A stretch of 48,840 nucleotides of DNA from Octopus sinensis (GCF_006345805.1 NW_021834428.1:1-48840); one strand, 5' to 3'; counted from the stretch's first letter, positions 12,284-24,310 are shown. Notes: generated by a model not told the origin, from the letters alone. Made by a program: numbers and translations.

Positions 12284-12321
<38 letters not shown>

Positions 12322-12336
12322 ATAATAATAATAATA

Positions 12337-12861
12337 GATGCCCTGATGCAGTACCAGGCAGTGGCTCTCATGGCTTCTGATCTTAACTGATTGGAAGTGT
12401 TATCATGTACATTGTCTTGGTATAAAAGATGGGCTACAGCAAATATTCTGCTCAATACCACAGATTTGCTTGTCAGTTGTTTGACCTTAACCAGTTGAAT
12501 ATGTCCCTTAGTGGCTGACGATATGTGCATCTCTGATGACAAGCAGAAGTAGTGGGGGAGCATCATAGCCATGTGTTGAAAGGAATTCTTAGCGGTTTGG
12601 ATAATTCACCTTTGGAAACAGGGGTGGTTCGTTTGACATCCTTAAACAATATTTATTCAGGGACCTTATAAATTATAACTGGGTCCCACCTGCAAGGTCA
12701 TGCGCTGTTTATCTTGATATGAAATCACAATGTCGCGCACATATGGTTGTGATGCATGTGCCTAGTATACCCTTATCAGACAGGTAGTCGTGATGAGTAT
12801 ACTGGGCTTCGTATATTTGTACCCCAGTGTCACTTTGCTGGCATGCACTGCTCTCTCACTC
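12337..12861. mobile_element. Unclassified ~525-bp interspersed repeat flanked by (TAA)n on both sides
   Basis: Complex non-coding sequence with sharp boundaries into TAA tracts at both ends. Confidence 0.5.
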
Positions 12862-12902
<41 letters not shown>

Positions 12903-13475
12903 GAGCAACAACAACCATAACTAATGGTTTCAAATTTTGGCACAAAGCCTGCAAGTTCAAGAGAGGGTGTAAGTCGAGTACATCGAGCCCAGTGCTCAAC
13001 GGGTACTTACTTTATCAACCACGAAAGAATGAAAGGCAAGTCTACCTATCCACAGATATTTTGCTAAGTTATTTCGCTTTCAGTTTCGCTTTTTATCTAG
13101 GATAAGTTTATTGTCATATCTAATGTAAGCCTCCTTTCTTCCGTCCAGCTATCGATGTATTTGTCGATGCGGATAGGGTGATTGACAAATACATCGATAG
13201 ACAGAACATATAAAAAATTAAAAACCTGATTAAAATATTGTTTTCTAGTCAATTGCAATGATACACCATGTTTAAAATTTCTCTCTGTTAAAATCTTTAT
13301 ATTTCTTTCTCGTTTTTTCTCCTACCTCTTACTTCAGAAAACTTCTTAACCATGTCGTTCCTCTCATCACATCATTATCATTTCTCTCTTTCTCTTTCTC
13401 TTCACCACTCACTTCCACTAACAACATGATAGCTTAATATATCGACTGGCAATAATATCACTACTCTCTCTAGCC

Positions 13476-13506
<31 letters not shown>

Positions 13507-13772
13507 CTTTGCCTTTCTTTAGCCTCAACACCAGAACATCCCGCCCCATCCGCAAAATATTCTATTTCTAACTCTTTTTTCTCTTTATCATTCCCTTCAA
13601 CTAACTTTTTAACCACGTAATAACTATTACGTTCCTCTTACATCACGTAGTTAATACTTCTCTCCCCCTTTTTCTCGCTCTTCGCCTTCCCCTTCAAATA
13701 ATCACGTGACAGCGTAACACATTTCGGCTTTAGCATATTAAAATTTTAATAATAATAATAATAATAATAATA

Positions 13773-13985
13773 AGGCGTGGCTGTGTGGTAAGTAGCTTGC
13801 TTACCAACCACATGGTTTCGGGTTCAGTCCCACTGCGGGGCACCTTGGGCAAGTGTCTTCTACTATAGCCTCGGGCCGACCAAAGCCTTGTGAGTGGATT
13901 TGGTAGACGGAAACTGAAAGAAGCCCATCGTATGTATGTATATATATATATGTGTGTGTGTGTGTATATCTTAGTGTGTCTTTGT
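13773..13985 (+). mobile_element. SINE family A, 5' half
   Basis: GGCGTGGCTGTGTGGTAAGTAGC...GGGTTCAGTCCC head; CCTTGGGCAAG segment reminiscent of the CORE-SINE domain. Confidence 0.9.
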
Positions 13986-14004
13986 TTGTAAAAGAGTAAA
14001 AAGA

Positions 14005-14071
<67 letters not shown>

Positions 14072-14274
14072 TTTCTTTTAATGACATAAACTAATACTAA
14101 TTAATCAATATCCATTACTCGTCTATTATTGTGCGATAAATTGCAGTAATTGAATGAGGTGAATCCAAGCTACATTACCAACTGCCTCCCTCCCTCCCTC
14201 TCACCTTCTATCTTTGCCCAGAAAAGGCTTTGCCTTGTTTTTTATTGAAAAAGAATCGCATACATCATTATCTA

Positions 14275-15270
14275 TCTACCACTACCACCACCACCAGTAC
14301 GAGTAAGCAGCACCACTACCACCACCACCACCACCACTACTACTACTACAGTCACCATCCCAACATCATTCTCATCATCATCATCATCATCATCATTATC
14401 GTCGTCGTCGTTGATGTCGACGTTGTCATCCTCATCGTTGTCGTTGCAGTCATCATCAGCGTCATCATCATCATCATCATCATCGTCGTTTGTCATCATC
14501 ATCATCGTCATCATCAACATCATCATCATCATTGTCATCATCATCATCATTGTCATCATCATTATCACCATCATCAACATCATCATCATCCCATCATCAA
14601 CATCATCATTATCACCATCATCGCCGTCGTCGTTTGTCATCATCATCATCTTCACTGTCGTTTTCATCGTCGTCGTCGTCATTGTCGTCATGAACGTCAT
14701 TGTTCATGCCCTTCGTCGTCATCATCATCATCACCATCATTTTTCAACGTCAGATTTCCGTGCAGGCACGGGTCTATCCCCTATATAAATAACCCACTTC
14801 CTAGATATCACCCATACACCTTTCCCAATATTTCAGTAACTCAACCCCACACCCTTGCCACACTCAACTGTATTCCATTCCACTTCACACCACACTCAAC
14901 TCTATCATTGTCGACATTACTCAACCATACTCCATCACAGTTCACCTCATTTAAATATACTCCACTCAACTCATTCGCACTTCATTCCACTCAGCTATGC
15001 GACATCATACTCCACATCCCTCACCTACACTCAAATGCACTCCATTCCACTGTACTCAACTACACTCCATTTCATTTGGCATCAGTCAGCTATACTCCAC
15101 TCCAGTCCACTCTACTAACTATATTACACCACAGTCCATATCACTCAACTACACTCAACAAGAGCCACCTACACTCACCAAGAGCCACCTACACTCAACT
15201 AGCGTCAACTACACTCAGTTACACTCATTTACACCCAAGTACACTCCTCTAGAGTCAAGAGTTCACTCCG
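14275..15270. repeat. (CAT/CAC)n tract followed by a degenerate CACTC/CATTC pentamer-like tract
   Basis: Explains the 340-aa low-complexity ORF 14230-15252. Confidence 0.85.
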
Positions 15271-16777
15271 CTCCATCACATACTGATGTAGACTCCTCTA
15301 TGTGGCTTCTACACTTGCTAGAAATAGCAAACAAGTCTTCCTAAATCCATAACACACTATACATACCATGCCATCTTTAAAAAAGAACACATTAGCTAAT
15401 GTAGTCCACGATACACAGTTCCAGAAGAAAAGACTCCATCATCTTAAAAAGAATAGCCTTGAGTCATAGGTCAAACTAATATCAACACAACACCAACAAC
15501 TAAACACTACACGAATAACAGTAAGAACACAATGTCCAGTCACCTTTACTTTCACCATTTAATTCTCAATGACAATCTTATATAACGCATTTTCCCACTG
15601 TCCATTCCACCATATATTAAACTGACCACTGTCTATTAGCTACTTTCTCACTATCACATATATCACCACCAGAGTGACCAATGTCCATTAGTTCCTCAAT
15701 GTCCATCCCTCATATTACCAAAATTACTACTGTCGATTCTTCCCTCTCCATTCCATTATATGCTCGACTGACCACTCCAAAGAGTTTGTCACTGACCATC
15801 CCCCAGAATGCTAAAAAAAAAAACATAATAATTTTTCCTTAATTTTTCACTGTCCATTCTACTATTGCATCCCTCTATCATATCAACATGGTCAAACTCT
15901 TACACCAAGAGACTGTTTCCAGTGGCACTAATACAATTCAGAACCACAGTCTTCCTCCAAAGATGGGCCCTAATGCTGGAATGACGAACGCTTCCTTAAC
16001 TTGCTAATTCTTTATTCTCCCACACACACATTTAACTCCGCCATCATTCTGTTGAATACAGGGCACAATACGACACAGAATTGAGAAGAAGAGATGACAC
16101 CATTTCAAACAAGCATGCGCAGCGTGTTACATACGGAGGCGAGCGAGAACCAACTTTTGCATTATTTCGTGACTGCTGAAAAGGGACTTATCTGAAATTG
16201 GTGAGACGAAAATCAGAATGGTAAATTGGATGAAAGGAAATATAACAAAAACAAAGAAAGATATTTAAAAAGGATTTTAAAAAAATATAAAAAGAAACCC
16301 GTACGGACCAATATAATGAAATACTTGAATTTCTAGGAAACGTGTTGTTTGTTGTCTTATTTATGTGGGGGTGGGGGTTATCGTCTGCCGGTTTATTGTC
16401 ATGTCTGTAAGCTTCGTTGTTTTCATGAGAGAGAGAGAGAGAGAGAAAAGGAGAGAGAGAGAAAAATAGAGTGAGAATGTGGAAGAGAGATTGAGAACGA
16501 GGAAGAAAAGTAAACTTCATCTGGAATAAAAATTATTTTTGTAAATGTGAAAGCAACAAATTTTCGTTTTTTTAAAAATCTATTCTTGATATCATTTTTT
16601 GTTGTTGTTGTTGTTGGTATTGTTGGTTGTGGTGGTGGGTGATGGTGTTGTATCTCCTGTGTTCTAACTCCTATTGTTGTCGTCACGGAAAGCAGGTATC
16701 CAAGTGAGTGCGCCGGTCTCTTAATAACCAACCTTGAACAGCGAGTCCAGTTTCAATTCCTGCACGGAATCGTTTTC

Positions 16778-17196
16778 GGATCTTTTCGGTTTGAACGGCA
16801 GTTTTTTCTAGTGGTGTCATATGAAATTGTCACCCATAATTATGACCCTAGTATCAATCTATTGCATTTCAATCTGTTTTAGGGTTAGGGTTAGGGGTGG
16901 GGGGAAGGGTATCTTTTTTTCTTCACAAATGTAAATAAACCCAATCTGTTTCTTAAACGAGGGACATATTCATACGGCACAGACTGTTTTTTTTTTTTTA
17001 CTTCAATAGACGTCACTGATTGGTTGAAACTGCAGAAATTGAAGAAAAAAAAAATATCATACAAACTATAGAATTTTCTCAATGAAGCCAAGAGAAAAAG
17101 ATGTTTTATAAACACATTCTACCAGTATACGAAGTTAAAAATTTTTTAGTTACCTAGAAATTGTGTTAAAAACTGCCGTTCAAACCGAAAAGATCC
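16778..17196 (+). mobile_element. MITE with 24-bp TIRs and 8-bp TSD, Merlin-like (GG...CC termini), carrying TTAGGG repeats
   Basis: TIRs GGATCTTTTCGGTTTGAACGGCAG / CTGCCGTTCAAACCGAAAAGATCC; TSD TCGTTTTC at 16770-16777 and 17197-17204. Confidence 0.88.
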
Positions 17197-17484
17197 TCGT
17201 TTTCACCAAGAACTGTTTACATTGGAAAGCCAAAAGATGGGATAGCTATAATAACTGGAGATAGTGGTGGTTGGTGATAGTTGTGCACAAGGGAAATATG
17301 ACAGGATAGATCAGTACCACCTGATTATTACACGGATTGATAATTGAGGACCCAATTGAAGATATAAGACACAGTAGACAGACACCGGGAGATAAGTGAT
17401 TGTCTCGAAAAAGAACTTGTATACAAGGCCAAGATCCCAGATACCAACAGGTACCTCTAATGACTGAAATAATAATAAATAAAC

Positions 17485-17721
17485 GCGCCCTTTTAAAGCC
17501 TAGCCAGGCTCATGGGCCCGGTTTCTATGGCGTATGTGTTCCCCAGCTGGACGGGACGCCAGTCCACCGCAGCGTTTCTCATTTTTGCTAGCTGAGTGGA
17601 CTGGAGCAACATGAAATGAAGTGTTTTGCTCAAGAACACAACGCGTTGCCCGGTTCAGGTATCGAAACCACAATCTTACGATCATGATGCTGTCACCCTG
17701 ACCACTAAGCCACGTGCCTCC
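17485..17721 (-). mobile_element. SINE family D (tRNA-like head, tail shared with the family C variants at 43201 and 45848)
   Basis: Reverse complement of GGAGGCACGTGGCTTAGTGGTCAGGG...GGTTTCGATACC head; TGGACTGGCGTCCCGTCCAG segment. Confidence 0.8.
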
Positions 17722-18239
17722 ACAATGACTGAAATAGATAAAAGATATATATATATATATAATATATATATATATAAATACATATTTTATCTATTTTTAA
17801 CCATAAAAATAAATATTTAACATAATAAATGGGTTGTATAAATAATCCTAATGTTTTAAGTTTCTAATTTAGATAATGGAGTTTTTTTATATGAAAAATT
17901 ATTATTTTATTTATTTTATTTTATTTATTTATTAAAAAATATTGTTAAACTCTATTTGCTTATTTATTTAACTATTATCATTAACCTGAAGATTGACTAT
18001 AATTTTAGTTCGAATTTATTTCAATTGAATTTAAACTTAATTGTAATTCGAATTTAATTATAGCCATGAAACGTACGTAGTGTTTTTACTTATTATATTA
18101 TATTTATCATTCTTTTAAATACTTTTGAAAAAAATATATATATCATAAATTATATTTATATTATTTGTTATTTATGTATTGGTTTATGTCTATCACTGTT
18201 TGAGTTGCATAATAGTGGTTTTATCTTTAATTCATATTT

Positions 18240-18295
<56 letters not shown>

Positions 18296-18851
18296 CACAC
18301 GCATATTTAATGAATAACTTCCTAGATTCTAACCAGTATTCGAAACTAGATCTACATTTTTCTACAAGTTGCTTTCCTATTGTTCTCGGCTTTTACAGTT
18401 ATGAAAGCGAACTGCCGCACTTAGTTTAATAGTTTAAGTTAACTTTCTTATATTAATTAGGATTTAGTCAGATAAAACATGGAAACTCCTTTGTGTAGCC
18501 TGCGCTAATTTAATTTTAAAATGTATGAATACAGAAGCAGAAATCAGATCGATAACTTTAGTCACGTGGCAGCTAGGCAGAGAGCGTCTACTTGACCCCC
18601 TTCACGTGTGGATTGTTGTGAAGAGTCATCATACGGTTTTGTTTATTTTTTTATAAGATGTGACTGATAAGGTGTAAACTCATTGTTCCTCTTACATTTT
18701 ATTATTGCGTTTAACCATCAAAACATCAACAATCAGCGATCACACCAGCTCACCGTCAACGAAGCGATAGAGATCAGCAGCCACGGGTGTTCACAGGAGA
18801 TGGAGTCCTGACGAGTGGAACGCATTCCTTCAACAGAAAGTGGAAGAGTGT

Positions 18852-19612
18852 AAGGCGGCGAGCTGGCAGAACCGTTAGCACGCGGGGCGAAATGCTTAGC
18901 GGTATTTCGTCTGCTGCTACGTTCTGGGGTCAAATTCCGCCGAGGTTGACTTTGCCTTTCATCCTTTCAGGGTCGATAAATTAAGTACCAGTTTCGCACT
19001 GGGGTCGATGTAATTGACTTAATCACTTTGTATGTCCTCGTTTGTCCCCTCTGTATCTAGACCCTTGTGGGTAGTAAAGAAACAGGTATTTCGTCTGTCT
19101 TCACATTCTGAGTTCAAATTCCGCCGAGGTCGACTTTGCCTTTCATCCTTTCGGGATCGATAAATTAAGTACCAGTTTCGCACTGGGGTCGCTGTAATCC
19201 CTTTGTATGTCCCTTTGTAGCCCCTTGTGGGTAGTAAAGAAACAGGTATTTCGTTTGTCTTCACATTCTGAGTTCAAATTCCGCCGAGGTCGACTTTGCC
19301 TTTCATCCTTTCAGGGTCGATAAATTAAGTACCAGTTACGCACTGGGGTCGATGTAATCGACTTAATCCCTTTGTATATCCTTGTTTGTCCTCTCTGGGT
19401 TTAGCCCCTTGTGGGTAGTAAAGAAATAGGTATTTCGTCTGTCTTCACATTCTGAGTTCAAATTCCGCCGAGGTCGACTTTGCCTTTCATCCTTTCGGGG
19501 TCGATTAAATAAGTACCAGTTACGCACTGGGGTCGATATAATCGACTTTATCCGTTTGTCTGTCCTCGTTTGTCCTTTCTGTGCTTAGCCCCTTATGGGT
19601 AGTAAAGAAATA
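18852..19612 (+). mobile_element. SINE family B tandem array: head plus four bodies
   Basis: Junctions GAAA(C/T)AG-GTATTTCG at 19085, 19245 and 19429; body 2 is internally deleted. Confidence 0.92.
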
Positions 19613-20289
19613 GAATATTAAATTTGTTTCTTTTCTATTTTTGGTCTTCCAAAATCGGGATAAGTCTGAGAAAGGAGCCGCGGGAGGTGGAGTAGCTGCT
19701 CCAGCGAGTGTCGTTGACCATTCTCTGCGACAACGCCATCGTAGTCATGACCCCAGGAGGCAGCTGTTTTCGCTATTTATTCTGGGGCGTGTGGCCCCTG
19801 TCCCCCTCTCCCTACAACTTCTGCTGTTTTACCCCCGCTACCTTATTACTTCTTCTGTCTCTGTGTTTCCTTGTAATATGAATAAAGTGTACTTTATTTT
19901 TAACAAAAAAACGTAAGGATTTGTTTAACGCGCAGTGCATCATCTACACCGGTAAATTCAGTATATGTCAAAGTTTCGGCTGGAGCGATGTGTAGTATTA
20001 GGTCTGGTGTCGGTTAACAATTAGATTAGAGTCACTAATGCAGGTGTTATAACAGAGTTATCCCCCTTACATCAGACTACTACAAGCAAGAAGTGATGGA
20101 ATGAATTGAAATTCTAGATTAGAGGAAACGCATTCTTTCTCTCACTCTCTCTCATTATTTCTCTCTTCTACATGTACACTTACACATACACACACACACA
20201 CGTAATATTCTTATACTTGAGGATAGTGATATTTTACCAATTAAACACAGCAGCAATACGCTTAATTGTTCGAGACGATTGGCAGGACG

Positions 20290-20843
20290 CAGCTCAAGAA
20301 TGACTTCGTTGCCTAACTCGGTCGCATGCCGCGACTCTCGGTAAAGGCGGTGGAGCATTGCGAAATACCTATTTCTTTATTACCCACAAGGGGCTAAACA
20401 CAGAGGGGACAAACAAGGACAGACAAAGAGATTAAGTCGATTACATCGACCCCAGTGCGTAATTGGTACTTAATTTATCGACCCCGAAAGGATGAAAGGC
20501 AAAGTCGACCTCGGCGGAATTTGAACTCACAACGTAACGCAGACGAAATACCGCTAAGCATTTCGCCCGGCGTGCTAACGTTTCTGCCAGCTCACCGCCT
20601 TAAATTGCGAAATACCGATAAGAGCCGCAGAAGTACGGGAGGCGTGATGGGTTGCGCTTTGTGTGTGTATGTGGGGGTGGGGTTCGAGTTTTCTATGCCC
20701 GATATCAACTTCTGTAAGTTGAGAAACGGTGGTACTGCTGAGAAAGGACCCAAACAAGGAGGATCAAATCGAAAACTTTAGACCAGTAACGCTGCTGAAC
20801 GCAAATTCCAAAATTTTAGCCAAGGTGTTAGCAAAGAGGTTGC
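20290..20843 (+). mobile_element. Tx1/L1-like ORF2 reverse transcriptase fragment (interrupted by a SINE B copy)
   Basis: Removing the SINE restores GRMPRLSVKAVEHCEIPIRAAEVREA; downstream VVLLRKDPNKEDQIENFRPVTLLNANSKILAKVLAKRL matches the L1/Tx1 N(W/F)RPISLLN.D.KILAK.LA.RL motif. Confidence 0.8.
20370..20603 (-). mobile_element. SINE family B, single copy with 13-bp TSD
   Basis: ATTGCGAAATACC at 20357-20369 and 20604-20616. Confidence 0.93.
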
Positions 20844-21565
20844 TCACCTTTCTCTTCCTTCTCGTTGAGGTCGACACCTCAACGACTTCCTCCGTTTCTC
20901 CCTGCAATGGGAGAGCGGAGGGCACCTTCCCCTTTTCCTGCTCCGGAGCCTTACCACGGCCCCGGAGGCAGTCCTTCTTGACATAGCCTGACTCCCAGCA
21001 CGACTGACACTTGGTGGGGGTGGGGGTGGGGGTGATTCTCCAGAATCACTGGATACCTGGAGCCAGCCATCCTCAAAATGTCGGGGAAGGTCATTTTACC
21101 TGCGACCACTGGGGTCCACAGGGTCAAAATTGCCTTTGTACCCTCCCAGTTGACCACAAGCGTCACTCTTACATTTAAGAGCCTGGACCCGCTATCCCCC
21201 AGGCCCCGTCGGACGGTATCTTCTATCCAACCCGCCTCTATGCCCGGGGGTAGCCCACATACCCAGGCTCTTATCACCTTCCTCCCGCAGTACGACGGGA
21301 GGAACAAAATTTCCTTTCCCTCCAAAGGCTGACTTGCAAAATTGCAAGCCTCCTCCGTGGTGTCGAACAGCAACCACACCGTTGCATGCCTGACACCCCG
21401 GGATATATATTTTCCAAGGGACAAATAGTATTTTAGTTCTTTTTCAATGGTTTGTTTTGGGAAGACGGTGGTGGTATCAAGAACTTTAGAGTAAGTTCTA
21501 ACCACCACCGTCCTCTCCTCCATATCTTTTAACCACTGCTTGGGTGGGACAATCTCCCACTCCAA
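20844..21565 (-). mobile_element. Tx1/L1-like ORF1 (gag-like) pseudogene with a zinc knuckle
   Basis: 204-aa ORF; after a frameshift in a (CCCCAC)n run the second frame reads KCQSCWESGYVKKDC (CCHC knuckle, H to Y), followed by a basic stretch RRKRK. Confidence 0.65.
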
Positions 21566-21738
21566 AGCAGTGGTTTTATTTTTATCATTTTATTTGCCAT
21601 GTCAATAAAACACAGTTCAAACAAGGAAAAACGTCACTCAACCAAAAACAACAAAATAAACACAATAAAAATAAATACACAGTTCAACTAAAATTGGAAG
21701 AAAAAAATACTAGTCCAACTAAAATTGTTCAACAAAAG

Positions 21739-22679
21739 TGTGGTGTATGCGGGAGATTTGAAATAAGGACACCTACCTTCTCTTCGTCGACGGAGACTTC
21801 TCCAGTGGTAATGCCCCCTTCCACACGGCCCGATCCGAACACTAGAAATAGCAGCTGCTTTTCCCCTACCTTAACAAAGCGCTCACACGTCCAACTCTCT
21901 CGACTACCTCGATCGAAAAGGCCCAATGCTGCCCTCCCTGCGCGCGCGTCACTCCTACCCCTTCATCTTCCGGTCAGCCCCAAGTTCCGGTCAGCTCCCC
22001 AGCTGCCGATGTCATCCCAAACGCCACCCTGATCTTAAAGATCCCATTCTCTCTACTCCATGTCGTAGTCCACCATCCAACCGGGAGGGCGCCTTGCACG
22101 TCGAGATCTTCTTAGGCTAGGCACCTCGTTCTCCCCCTCTCCACAATCGTCGTCCGACGAGCGACAATCCTGCGAAGGTCCAAGACATGTCCCGCCATTC
22201 CATCTACGGAGACGTTGTTTCTGGAATTGACCGCCGTCACCGTTCCTCTGCTCCATTGAGATGTACAGCGCGCCTTCGGTGGCTTAACAATGCCCGTTCT
22301 CAACTCCCTCCAAATGGCCAGCCGCCCCGCCCGCAGTCGACCATGGAGAGATACATTCCCTGACGGTGGTGCGTCACATCCACAGCTAGCCTATTCCAGT
22401 TGTGCTCCACCGAAAGGTTTCCTTGCTCATGCCCACACGGAGCAGGGTCAATGGACTGACACCTGTCGCAGCTCCCGACCACTTTCCGGATGCTTCTCCT
22501 AGTAACATCAGCATCAATTCTCTTCGCCAGATACAGGGTCCTGTCCACACCCAAGTGATGCATAGCATGTAGTCTCTTCAGTTCGGAGTCATCCAACCGA
22601 CACGCCGCAGCTATCCCTTTCTGTGCCTCCTCCGGTTCCTCCAACCGATCAGCTCCCCAGCTGCTGACGTCATCTCACA
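21739..22679 (-). mobile_element. Gypsy-like LTR retrotransposon deletion derivative (941 bp)
   Basis: TG...CA termini and 5-bp TSD AAAAG (21734-21738, 22680-22684); 3' LTR 21739-22021; 5' LTR remnant 22645-22679 matching 21987-22021; integrase HHCC (LHAMHHLG...CDRC), start of core (RLAVDVTH, SMVDCG), C-terminal VKPP..RCT..W and LRRSRR..RPP; decayed polypurine tract at 22022-22035. Confidence 0.88.
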
Positions 22680-23920
22680 AAAAGGAAAGAAAAGACATCA
22701 GTTCAGAAAAATAAATAAATATTGTACAATCCTCCACGGCAGAAAATAAAATTTTCGATCTACACGGTATTCCCAGCTCACTTGTAGCCTCCAAATCTCT
22801 TGATAATCCTTCTGGTAAAGTACTTCCAACGTTTCCGGGTTCAAAACCACGCACAGCTTGCAAGCACCAATTTTTTCCTCAATAACTGTAGTGAAAATAT
22901 TCACATTGAAGTTCTTCACTTGCTTGTTAACAAGCACAATCACAACACCGCCAAGAGTAAGCGAAAATGCCCCAGAGCTGGGCAGAATATACTTAGGAAT
23001 GAGAACCCAGGTTCGAAATTTCCCCAAGACACCTGGAGAAGGCTGGAGGGTATATCAGCTGAAACGTGTTAACAACAAACAAGATGAGGACAAATATCCG
23101 TCAAATATAAATAATGTAAATAATATAAATAATGTTCTTCTATGATATTCAACTCAGAAACAACAAAACCGCTTACCTTGACGGCAACCTTTTTCTTAAT
23201 CCAAACTGGTAATCCACAAATGGTAAAGACAATTTTCACAGCCAACAAAGTTTTGCGGAGGGGATACGCCTCCTCAAAAACAATTCTTACTGCAAAGTGA
23301 GTCTTTTCGCACGACCACAGGCAGGTAAATGTCTGGAGTAGAGTGGAGACTGTTGCTCAACAAAAAATTATTAATAACAGAACAACAAAAACTCCACTAG
23401 GCCCCCCCAAAATAAAACAAACGCCTACCTGTAGTCGAGCTTCGAACGTTCAATATTTCACGTCGAAAGACGTGGCTTCCAAGTAGCATCCAAATCCGAA
23501 CTCTTCTGTCAAGTAAGATAAGCAAGCTAGTTACCAAAATCAGATTGTATTGTCCCCTCTTTGTTGGCCCCTTGTGGGTAATAAAAAATTCACTTCAACG
23601 CCTACTGGCTTCAATATTTGTAACATGGCTTCAATTTTATTATATTTATTATTTTATATTTTATTATATTTTCGTATTTGTGTGAAATTTTGAACGTCAT
23701 CTTTTTTGTATAATCATTCGTTCATCTTACCCTAAAATCAGATTGTATTGTCCCCTCTTTGTTGGCCCTTGTAGGTAATAAAAAAAATCTACTTCTAGGC
23801 CTACTGGCTTCAATACTTGTAACATGGTTTCAGTAGTTGTAACGCAGGCATTGTCCGACATTTCTTATTCCTTGAACAAATTCGTAGGGTGTAGAACATC
23901 ATTCGTATAGAAAATAGACC

Positions 23921-24310
23921 GTGGCTTTGCGATAAGAAGTTTGCTTCCCAACCATATGGTTCCGGGTTCAGTCCCACTGTGTGGCACCTTGAGCAAGTGT
24001 CTTCTACAATAACCTCGGGTCGACCAAAACCTTGTGAGTGGATTTGGTAGACAGAAACTGAAAGAAGCCCGTCGTATATACGTTGTGAATGTGTACATAT
24101 CTTTGTGTCTGTATTTGTGTCCCACCGCCTCTTGACAACTGGTGTTGGTGTGTTAGGTCCCCTTAACTTAGCGGTTCGGCAAAAGAGGCTTGTAGTACAA
24201 GTACTAGGTTGAAAAAGAAATAAGCTCTGAGGTCAATTTGTTCAACTAAAAATCCTTCAAGGCGGTGCTCCAGTATGGCCGCAGTCAAACGCCTGAAAAG
24301 ATAAAAATAA
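23921..24310 (+). mobile_element. SINE family A, near full length
   Basis: Head, CORE-like body, GGCGGTGCTCCAGTATGGCCGCAGTC tail. Confidence 0.88.

Noticed and set aside
972-12539. Hammerhead ribozyme cores CTGATGA at 972, 4167 and 12533
   Set aside because: None is followed by a closed stem II plus GAAA and a matching stem III/UH site.
14230-15252. 340-aa ORF and other poly-T/I/V/H/YI ORFs (5479-6049, 6274-6936, 31234-32274, 33869-35855)
   Set aside because: Microsatellite translations that are open in several frames and on both strands, with no domain content.
18852-19612. Regularly spaced repeats as a CRISPR array or satellite
   Set aside because: The units are contiguous 184-bp SINE bodies with no unique spacers, the context is eukaryotic, and there are no cas genes.
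19640-19890. GC-rich 91-aa ORF as a host exon
   Set aside because: No recognisable domain; it ends in AATAAA and an A-rich tail like a LINE 3' end, but is too decayed to classify.
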